Below the pieces are notes generated by a model. That model had not been told where the DNA came from, did no database searches, and was given only the letters and a program-made list of their open reading frames with translations. A stretch of 64,000 nucleotides of DNA, taken from the NCBI GenBank assembly GCA_951406725.2, contig OX597819.1:115072001-115136000 (forward strand). Direction: 5' to 3'. The position numbers were made by a program, and so were the translations under genes. How positions within the stretch are numbered: the first letter of the stretch is position 1; every line of letters begins with the position of its first letter. Source of the DNA: Octopus vulgaris (Eukaryota). Shown here one piece after another: positions 36,548-50,519 of this stretch.

Positions 36548-36689
36548 TTTACAAATGCCAGGGTGGAATAGTCCCCGAAAGTAAACATTTTTTTCAACAT
36601 AACTGTAATCTACACCATGAAAACGAATAAGGAAACAGCCGAGACGTGTGAATTATGCGAAACTCCTCTCATCTGTCTCCGGAAAAAAA

Positions 36690-37085
36690 TCTTTATATAT
36701 AAAAGAGAGGTTGTGTGTCTGTCTCCTACGATTTAGATTCCTAACTACTCCCACATTTTGCGGTGCAGTTTAACCAAAACGGGGTATCTTATAGTCGTGA
36801 TTCATATCGAGCCCTTCTGGGTATTAGCGCGCGTCTACGATGAGTCTACGATTAAAAAAAAAATTTACCATAATTTTTTTTCCATTTTAATGCATTTTTT
36901 CGCTATTATATAAGGGAAGTAACTCTCTAAAAATGTCTACGATGAGTCAACGATTTAAAAAAAATTTACCATAATTTTTTTCCCATTTTTAATGCATTTT
37001 TGCTATATTTTGGCTATAACTCTCTAAAAATGCTTATATAGTTATTTCCCTTACAAACCCGAGCAACGCCGGGCGATACTGCTAG
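36690..37085 (+). mobile_element. Non-autonomous Helitron-like element
   Basis: 5' TC, 3' hairpin CCCGAGCAACGCCGGG then CTAG, inserted between A and T, no TSD. Second copy at 61505 to about 61900 (-). Confidence 0.8.
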
Positions 37086-37959
37086 TAATAAATAAAACAT
37101 TTTCACAACGACGTAATTGTAATCTACACCCCTGAAACGTTTTTGTGGAAAATTTCATTAAAATATATATCCATTTTTCATTAAAATATATATCCATTTT
37201 ACAAGGAAACAAAGTCAGGAGTGAGGCACGCTTGTGTAGTTATGCCCAATAAAATCAAGAGCAATTCAAGTACTGAAGTCCATGTAAGCAACTGTACCCT
37301 CCCCTAAAATGTGCGATCTTGTTGGTAAACATCAACAATAAACAAAACTGCAATCTATTTTTGCACAGTTGAATATCCCTTCAACCTTTTAATTAATACA
37401 TTACACAACTAAAACCAAAATTCAAAGGCGGCGTGTTGTGGTAGTAACTGGATGTAAAGATCAAATTCACAGATAATGTTAGAATTGAACCAATTTTCAA
37501 ACTTTACTAATTTTACAGAAACATTTTTGGGGACTTCTGACAGTTTATGTTTCTTGGAAATGACAGAGAGTCGTCATCGCTGTCATGTTTTACCAATGGG
37601 ATAATGAGGAAACCTCAAAGGGTCGGTCAACCTACTAGAAATCTCCCTTGAATCACGCCTTACCTTTTTCATAAAGATATTAAATAATTTAGTTCCACAC
37701 TTTTAAAATAGAGATGGTCCTGGTTGGAACGCTTTTGATCATATGACAACTCGATCGTGTTGGCTTGGATGTAATCAGCCGAGTAAAACTGTACTGAGAG
37801 AAATGATTTGACGAAGTAGCCACTAGCCGGTTGCTCAACCTAACACCTTAATTCCTTCAGTTCACTCCCTATTTTCAGTAAAGAAAGGCATATTGGATAA
37901 TGTGATTCTACATACCTCTAAAAAAAAAAAAAGACGTGATGGTCACGGTCGAATCGGAT

Positions 37960-38040
37960 TTACTTATCTGTCTATTCAATTAGAATTATTCAGCTTCGAT
38001 GAGGAAAATCTAGTTGTAATTATCGAACCGGAAGTGCTTA
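37960..38040 (-). promoter_or_regulatory. Putative promoter of ZNF gene 3
   Basis: Consensus ETS site ACCGGAAGTG at 38027-38036 in a CpG-containing patch. Possible donor AA|GTAAAT at 37963. Confidence 0.5.
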
Positions 38041-38357
38041 TAACGCAGACGAAAAATCGTCGCTGGATCACTTTCGTTTTTCGTTCAACACTTTCACTTT
38101 TAACGCACGGCGTGTTTATGTTCTGTAAACAAACACAAAGAAAAACATTTCGGGGAAATGATTGCAAAGGAACAAAGCACAATGATCAAGGCACTTGTAG
38201 TGTCGATTTGTTTGATCATGATTGTTTGTTTTTAAAATATTATGAGATTGTAAGATACATATAATCACTTGTTACTTCGCTATTGTTTTTACAAAAACAT
38301 ATAACTTCGTTACGCTTTGTTGTTCAGTTCTGGATCAGCCCTGATCGAATAGTTACA

Positions 38358-39262
38358 AGTACTCGGTTAATGTTTACTTTAACTCCCGGTCACGAAAACA
38401 AAACAAAACAAAAAAAAGTGTGATGGGTGTAAAAAAATGTGTTAAATGAATACTAAAACAAAAATTTGCGCTTACGAACCGGGATGAGGGTGGGGTGGGT
38501 ACTTTCGGAAAATTCACAAGATCTTATTTTTTCCCTCATAACTTTGAGGAAAATGGGTATCTTTTAATGAAATTTTATACAAATACCTTCCAAACGGCAT
38601 AGATTACGATTATAAAGAAATTTGTAGGGAAATTTTTTTCCGAGGGGGTGGGGAGAAGACTTTCGAAGAGAAAAATAATTTTTTTGCTTGAGTGTTATGG
38701 AAAAAGTTTGAAAAAAATTTTTTAGATTCATTTAGTAATAGAGAAGAGTTTTAAAAGACCCCATGCATCATAGTGAGAGAAACGGCGTTGAATATGATCT
38801 TACAACGGAAAAAAAAGTTAAGGGCGATTTAGCTGTTGTTTTTAGCACACTTCCACCGTTGGGATCTTTTTAAAAACCTTTTTCTATTAAATGAAAAATA
38901 AATGAATCTAAGAAATTTTTTTCGAACTTATTTCCATTACACTCAAGCAAAAAAGTAATTTATGAATTTCTTCCTTTCGAAGGTCGTCTCCCCACTCCCT
39001 CGGAAAAACATTTTCCCCACACATTTCTTTATAATCGTAATCTATGCCGTTTGAAAGGTATTCATTAAAAGATACCCGTTTTCCTTAAAAGTTATGAGGG
39101 TAAAAATCGAATCGTGTGAATTTTCCGAAATTCCTCTCCCTACGCCCCGGTTCATTAGCGCAAATTTTTTGTCTTCATATTCGTTTAATACGCATTTTTT
39201 TTTACACCTATTACACATTTTTTTTCGTAACCGAGAGTTAATGTAAACATTAACAAAGTACC
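38358..39262. mobile_element. Non-autonomous foldback derivative of the Merlin element at 7.8-10.2 kb
   Basis: Long inverted arms (GTACTcgGTTAATGTTTAC / GTAAACATTAACaaAGTACC). 38410-38860 is colinear with 7854-8430. Confidence 0.88.
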
Positions 39263-40439
39263 CTGCTTTTTGACCACCTCGTCTTTTATTTTTGAATAAA
39301 AGGTACTTACAATGTGTTCTTTTTTTTAAAGAACTGGAGAGCATAATTTCAGAAAAATTAATCATTCCTCTTCGTAAGTCGAGAGACCATGCAGAGAAAA
39401 AGTTCAGGAGTGAAAAGTGAAATCATTAAATGAAAGGCAAAAGGTGGAAACTGGATTAGCGCCGAAATGTTTTATTCGGAATGTTTTACAGTCGAACTTC
39501 TTTTTCTTTAAACATGTATTTACATTGTTATATTGTTTAAAGAATTTTGCATGAAAGACATAAGCTGGTGTGGTGGGGAATGATTCCAGAGAACCGATTT
39601 ATAGTGCAGGTCCTGGGGAGCTAGTCATAACAGTGACGCGAAGAACAAATATATCATCATCATTTAACGTCCTTTTTCCGGGCTGGCATGAGCTGGACAA
39701 TTTGACAGGAGCTGGTAAGGTAGGAGACTACACTGGCTCCATTATCTGTTTCGGCATGGTGTCTACAGCAAGATGCTCTTCCTAACGCTGAACACTTTAT
39801 ACAGTGACCTGGGTACTTTTACGTGCACCAGCACTGACAGTGCCACCTCAGCTGGGAGGAGTAGTGAGGGGTGTGTGGCTTTGTGTCAGTTGAGAGATAA
39901 GAGGTATGGAGGGACAGGGGTAGGTGTCCTGCTGTAGAGCTGATACATGAATACTCCAGTCGAAAAAAAAGGACGGTGGGTTGGAGAATGAGATAAAGAG
40001 AGCAATAGTGAGAGAGATAGTGGCAGAAATGAGGGGCATCAAGGATGGTGAGAATAAGTAGGGTGATACAGAAGTTTGAACTGGTTGGGTGGGCAGGGTA
40101 AAGGTAACTGGCAAATGAGGGCGTGAAATATAGGGGAGGGTCAGAGATGGGGTTTGCAGTAGGTCTCTGAGATGATAGCAGATAAGCAAGGTGTTAATGA
40201 TGAAGAACAGAGGGGAGTGAAGGCATTGAAAGAAGGTTATTGGTGGATACAGTAAGCAGGTGAAGATAATGGGAAACAGAAGTGGTTTCAGGTGAGGAAG
40301 AAGGTAACTGAGAAAACAGGGATATGTAGTATGTGCCTATTCTGTTCTCTGGTGATGGGTGCTAAAGGATGAAAGGTGGAGGGAAATAGTTCAGAGGGCA
40401 GAGAGGATGCAGTTTAGCATAGGGTAGAGCTCCTCACAC

Positions 40440-40926
40440 AGGTATTTACCAAGATGGTTTAAGATATCAATTCTACTGTGGTGGATGGGTCTCTTGAGTA
40501 CAGCAAGGTACCAGATATCTTGGTCTTTTGTCATCTCCTTCATAAGGCTCAGTGTCTTGAGATCAACCCTCAGTATTTTGTCCCATGTCTTCCTGGGTCT
40601 CTCTCTTTCATGATTTCCATCCACTTTTAGTGATCAGTACTTCTTTATGCAACTGTCCACATACATATGCATCACATGGCCAAATCAGAACAACAGTCTT
40701 CTCTCTTGCACAATACATCTAATTCCTGTTATGCCTAATTTTTCTTTCAGTACATAAGGGCTCTTGCACACGTACACTGACATTGCACTTTCAGTAAAGC
40801 ATACTAGCTTCATTCCTCCATTCAGGGCCCATGTCCCACTACCATGTAACATTGCTGTTCTTACACAGACAAAACACAATCTTTCTTTCACTCAGAGAGA
40901 GATATCTTTGGTTGCCAACAGAGGTA
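40440..40926 (-). mobile_element. RTE LINE fragment, split by a mariner (continues at about 42120-42260 and 42680-42800)
   Basis: CVRTAMLHGSGTW, VQERRL, RPRKTW and KCKLWTHKRC motifs. Confidence 0.8.
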
Positions 40927-42120
40927 TTGGGTCATCCCATAAATAATGCGTTTTTTATACTTCTATTATTTTACAAAATTAAGATAAACTAAGTTCTTTT
41001 TTAATCTAAAACAAGGTTTCCCAACTAGGGGGTGCGAGCAGGGCAGGATTTATAGGGGGTCAAAGAGGGCAATTGCCCTGGGCACTTTTATTCTTATATA
41101 AATTATTACTTTAAGGAGAGCAAGAACATTAAAAGTTTTTAGGGGTGCAGGGCATAAAAAAGGTTGGGAACTACTGATCTAAAATATATTCATTCATTTT
41201 CTACAATGCTCTTTCATCTATCTGGTAGACTTGCATGGAACCCTCTCCGAAAATTCACTTGTTCGCCATGAAAAATACTCCTCCAGTACTGTTCTGACCT
41301 CATATATTTTTTCTGTCCAAGTGATTTTGAAAACTGGAATAAATGATAATCAGATGGGGCAGTGTCCAGCGAATATGGTGGGTGGGGCATCATTTCCTAT
41401 TCAAACTGCTCCAGCCTTTGGAATGTCATCCTCGCTGTACGTTGCTGAGCATTATCCTGATGGAAGAGCACCTTTCATCTTGAAACCAAAGACGGTTGTT
41501 TTTCTTCTAGCCCTGACTTAAGCCGCTCTCCTTTGTTATCATTTGGTTTGGGTTTAAAAGTTCAAAGTGGACTAAGCCTTTCATATCCCACCAGATAACA
41601 ACACCTTACATGGCTGAAGACCTTCTTTAGCCTGGGGTACTGGTGTTTCTCCTTCTCCTACCCAGTCTTCAGTGCTTGACATTTTTACAGAGAACCTATT
41701 TCTCACCACCAGTCACTATTTGGTCCAAAAAAAGGGTTCATTTGTAAAATGTGACAGCAAAGAAGAGCACACATTCACTCTCTGCACGCAATTAGACTTG
41801 AAAAGTTTGTGGGGAACCCATTTACCCAATTTGCTGACTTTTCCGATGGCATGCAGGAGTCAATGAATGGTTGAATGACCAAATCCAAGCTTCTCTGCTA
41901 GTTCTTCAACAGTTACGATGCGATTTCGTTCCACCAGGATTTGCAGGATGTCCTTGTCGAGCCCTACAGATCTTCCGGGACGAGGCTCATCTTTTAGGCT
42001 GTAGTTTCTGGTTCGGAATTTCTGGAACCACCATTGACATTGGCTTATGCTTATTGTCCAATCTCCATATACTGCATGAATATTCTTTGCACTTTCCATT
42101 GCATTGTTGCCTTTATTGAA
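40927..42120 (-). mobile_element. Decayed mariner (DD34D) transposon
   Basis: AKNIHAVYG..QWWFQKFR..LKDEPRPGR helix-turn-helix region and HPPYSLDTAPSDYHLF. One terminus TTGGGTCATCCCATAAATAATGCG. Confidence 0.85.
41012..41176. mobile_element. hAT-type MITE nested in the mariner
   Basis: CAaGgTTTCCCAAC / GTTGGGAACTACTG ends. Perfect 8-bp TSD ATCTAAAA (41004-41011 and 41177-41184). Confidence 0.85.
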
Positions 42121-42289
42121 CTCTCCTCCATCCTATTCTTATTCTGGCAATTACACTTTTGGTACATCCTTCACCATTGCTAATTAGGTCCCCTTGGTAG
42201 CAGAAATTATCTACTACTTCTAAAGAGCTTCTGGAGCATTTGAGAAAATCAATTTCCTAAGTATCTATAGTTTTTATGGCTTCTTTTTT

Positions 42290-42665
42290 ACTCTTTTACT
42301 TGCTTCAGTAATTTGACTGTGGCCATGCTGGAGCTCCACCTTAAAGGGTTTTAGTTGAAGAAATTGACTCCTGGACTTATTCTTTGTAAACCCCATACTT
42401 ATTCCATTGGTCTCTTTTGCCAAACTGCTAAATTACAGAGACATAAACACACCAGCATCGGTTGTCAAGTGATAGTGGGGGTACAAAGACACACATAGAT
42501 ATATATACAACAGGCTTCTTTCAGTTTCTGTCTACCAAATCCACTTACAAGGCTTTGGTTGGCCTGGGGCTATAGTACAAAACACTTGCCCAAGGTGCCA
42601 CACAGTGGGACTGAACCCAGAATTATATGGTTGGGAAGCAAGCTTCTTGCCACAGAGCCATGCCT
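42290..42665 (-). mobile_element. SINE family A copy
   Basis: Same head, core and tail as 30453-30848. Confidence 0.85.
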
Positions 42666-43999
42666 GTACCTGTGCCTCTTCCACATACAAACACAACTTT
42701 CTCTGAAAATCTTCCTGTTATTCCACTGCATCTCTTGTGTGTCCATAGCTTACACTTGGTACCTTGTATGGAATGCCTGGGTGTTTTTATGTTCCACAAG
42801 TACAGGCACTTTATATGTAACAGCAGCACCCACAAGCCCTCAAGACAAATATGGTCGATCAATGAGAGAGAGACATAGCAGATATGACTGGATATATTTG
42901 CAGAGATGAGTGAAAATAAAGTACACCACTTGAATAGCTGACACAACTATCACACATCAGGCTTCTTTCAGTTTCTGTCAACCAAATCACTCACAAGAAG
43001 ACACATGTCCAAGGTGCCATAGAGTGAGACTGAACCCAAAACCATGTGGTTGGAAAGTCATGTATAACTGTTTTGGAATGAGGCAATAAGCTAGAGATAG
43101 CAATTAAATTTCTCTCAAACAAATCCACCAGCTTTAAAAAGAAATGGAAGGATACACTAACTCTAGCATTCTATTTCTTTGTCAAATGTATTGCTTATTT
43201 CTTCACATTGTTTTGACTTTATCAGGTATAATCCCATAGCTTCAATATTATAATCACTTGATTATATATATTTTAATGACAGTGTAGAGTAGGTATGAGA
43301 GCTGGGATCTGGTCAGTTTTTTGGCCAGATATGGCTAATTTAAATAGTAAAAGGTTAAATAACATAGTCGAAAATAAACTATGCCTGAGAAAAAAAAAAA
43401 GAAAAAAAAAGAAGGCTGATTTCAACTAGGATGCTTTTGAATTATAGGTCTGCTGAATTAGGGTCCAACGACAACACTGTCAAAGAAGTGGCACTTAACT
43501 AGCTTCCCTTCCTTGTTCCTTGAAAGGATGAAGGGCAAAGTTTCTGAACTCAGAAAATAAAGCCAGAAAAAAAATGTAACTAAGCATTTTGTCTGGAATG
43601 CTAACAATTCTACCATCGTATACATAAAACAATAGCATGTGGAATGCTCTGTTCATTTCAGTAATCTGTAACATCAACCTTTTTTGTGTCCTTATCCAAT
43701 ATCAAATGTAAGCTTTTATTATGTGTATTATTTTATTGAGGCGAAGGAAGCTTACCATAGCTAAATTGGTTTATTGGCCAGCAGAGAATATATTTTTCCA
43801 TTCTGAGATTGTAATAAAATGGAAAAAAAAGTTATCTGCTGTTGTACATAAGTGTTGCTTTGGTAGAATCTATGATCTTCAAATAACATCTATTGATATT
43901 ACACAGCATTTACACATGTCAATACTGGGTCCAGACACCAAATCATGAGAAAAAGAATACAGTATGTGATAACTAATCAAAACAGACCAAACTAACTAA

Positions 44000-44580
44000 T
44001 CATCATCAACATCGTTTAACGCCTGTTTTCCATGCAGGCATAGGTTGGACAGTTTGACTGAGGTCTGGAAACCCAGTGGCTGCACCAGGCTCCAATCTGA
44101 TCTGGCAATGTTTCTACAGCTAGATGCCCTTCGTAATGTCAACCTGCACAAGACCTAGTCAGGCAGGCCAGGCATTGATCACGTTCAGATGGGGCTTTTT
44201 ATGTGCCACTGGCATGGGAGCCAGTCAAGCAGACCTGGCATCGACCATATTTGGATGGTGCTGTTTACATGTCACCGGCATGGGAGCCAGTCAGGGGACA
44301 CTAGCATCAACTAAGTTCGGATGATGCATTTTACTTGCCACTGGAACAGGAGCCAGTTAGGGGACACTTGCTACAGCTATGATTTGGGTTTTACTTGACT
44401 CAACAGATCTTCTCAAGCATATCATATTGCCCAATGCATCAAGGGTACTTTTAAATGGGCCACACATGCAACAATGTCATCGGCCATGGTTGTGATCTCT
44501 CTTTAGTTGCTGGGTCTTCTCAATCACAGCATATCTCCAAAGGTCTCAGTCTCCTGTCATTGCTTCTGTGAGGCCCCTCG
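44000..44580 (-). mobile_element. RTE 3' end with 3-4 diverged units of about 62 bp
   Basis: (TGA)n tail and TTTCTACAGCTAGATGCCCTT core. Repeated GGCATGGGAGCCAGTCA units at 44200-44370. Confidence 0.8.
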
Positions 44581-47500
44581 TCTGAATGATATCTTGCTTC
44601 CATGAAGAAACACATTTAAAGACTGATCGTCACTGTTTTTTTACTTTTTAATTCATAATACTGATTTCAAACCCTGGCACAAAGCCAGCAACTCGGTGGG
44701 TGGGGTGGTCTAAATCAAATACATCACCTCCAGTGCTCAAATGATACTTATTTTATCGATCCTGAAAGGATGAAAGGAGGCCAAGTCAACATCAGTAGAT
44801 TTGAACTCAGAACATAAAGACAAATGAAATACTGTTAAACACTTTGCCTGGCATGCTAATGATTCTGCGAGCTCATATATAATTTGTTGAATATTTTAAA
44901 GAAGCTTATTAGTTTTAGGCGAAGGCTTAGTGGTTAGGATGTCAGCATCATAATCATAAGATTGTGGTTTCGATTCCTGGACCAGGCGACGCATTGTGTT
45001 CTTGAGCAAAACACTTCATTTAACGTTGCTCCAGTCCACTCAGCTGGCAAAAATGAGTAATGCTGCGATGGACTGGCGTTCCATTCAGCTGGGGAACACA
45101 TACACCATTGAAACTGGGAAACTGAGCCCATGAGCCTGGCTCAGCTTTAAAAGAGCACATTTATTTATTTTATTAAAGTTAGGTGCACACTATGTAAGAA
45201 TGCTATGGTAGCACTGTATTACCACAAAACTTAAATGAATTTAATATTGAGTTTCTAATAGAACAAAACTGAAAGCAAAATAAAAAAATTAAAATTAAAG
45301 CTTTTTTCCATAGAAGTAATCAGTTTTGCTTACCATACAACACTATATAAATATATATCAAGAACAACATGTCAATGTTTATTAGTCAAGGTGAGCTTGA
45401 TCAGTGTATATTGAATTCATGCTGAATGTAGGTAGCTAACTCAATAGACTAAGGATTTTACTGCCAACAAATAAACATATTCATCATCATGTAACATCTG
45501 TTGTCTATGCTGGCATGGGTTGAACAGTGTGACCAGAGCTGGCAAGCTGAGTGTGTGTGTGTGTGTGGGGGGGGGCACCAGACAAGTCTGATTTTGCATG
45601 GTTTCTACAGCTGGATGCCCTTCCTAATGCCAACCACTTTACAGATTGTGCTGCGTGCTTTTGTGATGCTGCATGGATGCTTTCACGCATTGCCGCACTG
45701 GCACTTTCACGCGTTGCTAACAGGCACTTTTCCATGTTGTCGCATTATCTCTGCCCTTTGTCATCTTGCCTGAAAGGTTCAGCTTCTTCAGTTCTTCATC
45801 CCATGACTTCCATCCACTTTGAGAGATCAGCACTTCTTTATGGAGCTGTCAGCATCACATTACCAAACCAGCACAGTCTCCTCTCACATGACCATGTATC
45901 AAGCAATCAATAATGTGCCATATCCATGGAGAAAAGACCTACCTAGCAAATGACCCAATGTACCAAGTTATAAGCAGATATGGCAGAGAAGGGGCAGTTA
46001 GTCTCCTTAAGCAGTACTGCAAATCAGACAAGTGTTTGAAGCTTGAAGTACAGATTTCAATTCCCCTCATTAGGGTACAACTATTATGCAGTGCCACATA
46101 AAAACATGCAGCACATTGGTGCTTATAACAAGCAACATGTGATGGTATTCAATGGTCTATAATAAAGGCGGCAAGCTGGCAGAAACGTTAGCACGCCGGG
46201 CGAAATGCTTAGCGGTATTTTGTCTGCGTTACGTTGTGAGTTCAAATTCCGTCAAGGTCGACTTTGCCTTTCATCCTTTCGGGGTCGATAAATTAAGTAC
46301 CAGTTACGCACTGGGGTCGATGTAATCGACTTAATACCTATGTCTGTCCTTGTTTGTCCCCTCTGTGTTTATCCCCTTGTGGGTAATAAAGAAATAGGTA
46401 TTCAATGGTATTCCACATTATAAATAATATGAAAAGATACCCACCAAGTGACAATATTTTCTCTAGTCATGAGGGATTACAACCACTAGAAAATAATGAT
46501 CAATTTCAATTGGCAACCTTTTATTTCTGTATTTATATACCAATTAGACAAGAGAAGAAGTGCAACGCTTTTGTTGTTCTTATGACCTCCAAGAAAAATG
46601 GGATTGATGTCCAGTTTGAATTTTTATAGGCGGACATCTGTAGGAGAATCAAGGTTTAGAGTTCAAGTGCAAAGTGCTTAGTGTAAGATCTGGTTGATAA
46701 AACACAAAAAGAATGATGAAAGTTGTTGCTTAGCCCCAGGTCTGCACTGATAGAGCAAACCTATGATCGGAAACATTCAAGCAATGACCATCTGTTTTTA
46801 ATATTCTTCCCTTTTTAAGACAGTAGGAAGATTTGACTGATATTTCTAACAGGTTGAGTGACTGCAGAGAAGCCCCGTCATTACAGAGAGGCAGATAAAT
46901 AAATTGGGTAGACATGCTGAGGTATGCAGTAGAAGTCAGTGGGGTAGAAGAAGCATGATGTGAGTGAATTTTTGTCAATGAAATGAGAACTCATGTCCTC
47001 TACATAGTCCTGTCAGAAGTAACAAGAATTTATACAGAACGTAAAATGTGTGCTTGACACATCATCAAACCTTGGGATACATCAACATTAGTAAAATATT
47101 GGAATTTTTAGGGAGAGGGCTAGATGATGCCATCGACCCCAGTGCTCAACTGGTACTTTTTTCATCGACCCCAAAAGGATGAAAGGCAAAGTCAACCACA
47201 GGAGAATTTGAACTCAAAATGCAAAGATATATGAAATGCTGCTGAGTATTTTGTCCAGAAAGTTAATGATTCTGCCAGCTCAGCTCACCTTTAAGAGTTT
47301 AAAACATAATAACCAAGAAACAGATGAAATCATTAGTTTTAAAATAACTTATTATGTCACAACTGGGCTAAATTCAGAACAATCTCATACTGAAATATAT
47401 ATTTGCAACAGGAAAATGTCATAGAAATTTTCAAAGCTAATTAATTAAAAACTTTTATTATGAAATTTGTTTTAGTTGTAAAAAAGAAATGTAAAAAAAC

Positions 47501-47797
47501 AAATACATAAAAAAGAAATCGCACAGTAAATATTATTAATGTTATTGGATTAAAAATTAAAAAAGTACATTGCTATTATATTCCCACACTCAGAAATATA
47601 TTCCTGATCTCAGCTATGGGATAATTATCACAGAGGAATGAATCTTTTTTAGAACAAATTCTCATTAAGGTACAGTTTATAAAGAAGGACTTTTCACTTT
47701 AAGTTAAGCAGGAATAAAATACTGGTTTCACAGTTCCAAAACATAACAGTCTCTCTCTAGTATAAACCAATCTGTGACGTTTTTTATCAATCAAAAA

Positions 47798-48934
47798 TCA
47801 CAAAATTTGCGATTCTTTTTTAATCTGAATACACTTATGATGCAATAAATAACATTTTTTAGAAAATCCTTTATCACAAGTATCACATTGGTAGGGCTTC
47901 ACTCCTGTATGAATGCGTTTATGAATAATTAAGGTACGACCCTGAGAAAATGTTTTGCCACATACTTCACAGTGGTATGATTTTCTCCTGGAGTGAAAAT
48001 GTAGATGATCTGAAAGACTACTCTTTCCAGAGAATAATTTGCCACACAAGTCACAATGGTATGGCTTTTCACCAGTGTGAATGCGTACATGAACTGCAAG
48101 GCTCCCACTTCGAGAAAACGTTTTCTCACAAAGTGCACATTTGTATGGCTTCTCACCTGTGTGACTACGTTTATGAACTGAAAGGGCACTCTTTCGATGA
48201 AAGGCTTTCCCGCAGATTTCACATTGGTATCGTTTAACTTCTGTGTGGGTACGTGCATGATTTGATAACAAACGATTATGAGAAAAGGCTTTCCCACAAA
48301 TATCACAGTTGTATGGTTTTTCTTCAAGGTGAGTATATTTATGAACAGATAAGCTACTATTTTGCGTAAAGGATTTACCACAAATTTCACAGTGGAATGA
48401 TTTTTCTCCTGTGTGAGTACGTTTATGACCGGTCAAGTGAGCGTTCTGAGCAAATGACCTCCCACAAACATCACAATGGTAAGGTCTGTCACCCGTATGA
48501 ATTCGCTTATGAACTTTTAGCTGGTTTTTCAGAGTAAATGTTTTTCCACAAAATTCACATTGGTAAGGCTTTTCCCCTGTGTGAATACGTTTATGATCTG
48601 AAAAACGAGTAACATCGGGGAATGTTTTCCCACAAACCGTACAAACGTATGGACGTTCTCCAGTATGGCTCCGTTTATGTCTTGTCAAGTGACCAATGTA
48701 AGAAAATGTTTTACCACAAATTTCACAGTGGTATGGTCTTTCTCCTGTGTGAACACGTTTATGTACTACAAAGGAGCCATAATGTGAAAATGCTTTCCCA
48801 CAGGTTTCACAACTGTATGGTTTCTCACCCGTATGAGTACGGTTGTGAGCCAATAATTTAAAATTGTTAGATAATATTTTCCCACAAACTTCACATCTGT
48901 GACATTTTGCCTGTGTGTGTAACATTTTTTCCAT
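47798..48934 (-). CDS. C2H2 zinc-finger protein, gene 4 (about 13 fingers)
   Basis: Tandem fingers. ATG at 48934 (the ORF track starts at TTG 48937). Acceptor TTTCAG at 49183-49178. Confidence 0.95.
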   Translation of the reverse strand: MEKMLHTQAKCHRCEVCGKILSNNFKLLAHNRTHTGEKPYSCETCGKAFSHYGSFVVHKRVHTGERPYHCEICGKTFSYIGHLTRHKRSHTGERPYVCTVCGKTFPDVTRFSDHKRIHTGEKPYQCEFCGKTFTLKNQLKVHKRIHTGDRPYHCDVCGRSFAQNAHLTGHKRTHTGEKSFHCEICGKSFTQNSSLSVHKYTHLEEKPYNCDICGKAFSHNRLLSNHARTHTEVKRYQCEICGKAFHRKSALSVHKRSHTGEKPYKCALCEKTFSRSGSLAVHVRIHTGEKPYHCDLCGKLFSGKSSLSDHLHFHSRRKSYHCEVCGKTFSQGRTLIIHKRIHTGVKPYQCDTCDKGFSKKCYLLHHKCIQIKKESQIL

Positions 48935-49444
48935 CAACAGATGTTCATAAGAGGAAACACAAGCAGTAAATGCCTAGATCTTTCTTTTCTAGGAACACAT
49001 TTATACAAAACTATTTAATCCTCTTAATTTGGATCTTTTTACTAAATTTCATAATGGAATTGACTAAAGCATATTTTAAAAAATGTCCTCTAAATAACAT
49101 AACTTAAGAACCTGATAAATGCCACATGCTTGAATTAAACATCTTTTAGTAAAAGTCCACTTTTCAAGATACCAGGCCTGAAATAAAAGAAAAGAAAATT
49201 TAAGTGTGTGCTTGAAAATACATGTAATAAATAATGTGTTTGGTGCTTACTTCAAAATAAAGCAAAAGAATGGACTAAAATAGTGCATAACTATAAGTTC
49301 TGCTCAATAATTAACTAGCTTTGTTATAGAAATTAACTGCTTAATTTATTAGGAACATTTTCTATTCATATAACCGGTAAAGACTTTGATAATAGTTTTA
49401 GAGACAGCTAAGATTTTGGTGCTAATTCATTTAGAGTACTCTTT

Positions 49445-49827
49445 ACTCTTTTACTTGTTTCAGTCATTTGACTGTGGCCATGCTGGAGCACCATTTTTAG
49501 TCGAGCAAATCGACCCCGGGACTTATTCTTTGTAAGCCTAGTACATATTCTATCGATCTCTTTTGTCGAACCGCTAAGTTACAGGGACGTAAACACACTG
49601 GCATCGGTTGTCAAGCGATGTTGGGGGGACAAACACAGACACACACACATGTATACATATATACGACGGGCTTCTTTCAGTTTCCGTCTACTAAATCCAC
49701 TCACAAGACTTTGGTCAGCCCGAGGCTATAGTAGAAGATACTTGCCCAAGGTGCCACGCAGTGCGACTGAACCAGGAACCATGTGGTTTGTATGCAAACT
49801 ACTTACCATACAGCCACTCCTACGCCT
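49445..49827 (-). mobile_element. SINE family A copy
   Basis: Full-length match to 30453-30848. Confidence 0.9.
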
Positions 49828-50519
49828 GAAAAGTACTGAAATATTTATATAAATCCTCAGATAATTTTTTTTATCAATGACTGAGAATAATACAAGGGTA
49901 GCTAATAGAGAATAGTCACCTTAATGTGGTGCACTCTACAGGTTAGTTACCATAATGTGTTTGAAGCTGAGTTAGTTTGTATAAGGCCACTAGAAATAGC
50001 AGCCAAATCAACCACAAATGTTACTTAAATGCATCTAGGATCACACTGAACTAATCATCATTTTACATCTGTTTTCCTTGTTGGCATGAGTTGGTACAGG
50101 ATGTCAGAAAGTTCTTATAAAGATTTACTGCCCTCCTAGATGGGTTGGTGAACATGTCTTGCCTCATCATGGTTTCTGTAGGTGAATTCCCTTTGAAGAG
50201 ATAGGTAAGGGATTGACACAGCTGAAATGCCTAATTGGTCATAGGTGACTTAGAGCTAAACACTGCCAACATTCCTCAAACACAAATTAAAATCAATAAA
50301 CTGATACAATATCAAATAACGAAAACAGCCTTCCTAATGCACTCTACAGAGTGCAATGGGCACTTTCTTTGTGACACCAGCACTAGTGATAGAGTCATGT
50401 AATTTGAATTTACAAATGATTGTGTTTCAGTCTTTAATGAAGGTGTGACTAAGAGTAACTATGGCAATAATATTGTGGTTGGTACAATCTGCAATATGGC
50501 TGATGACTAAAGGTAGAAA

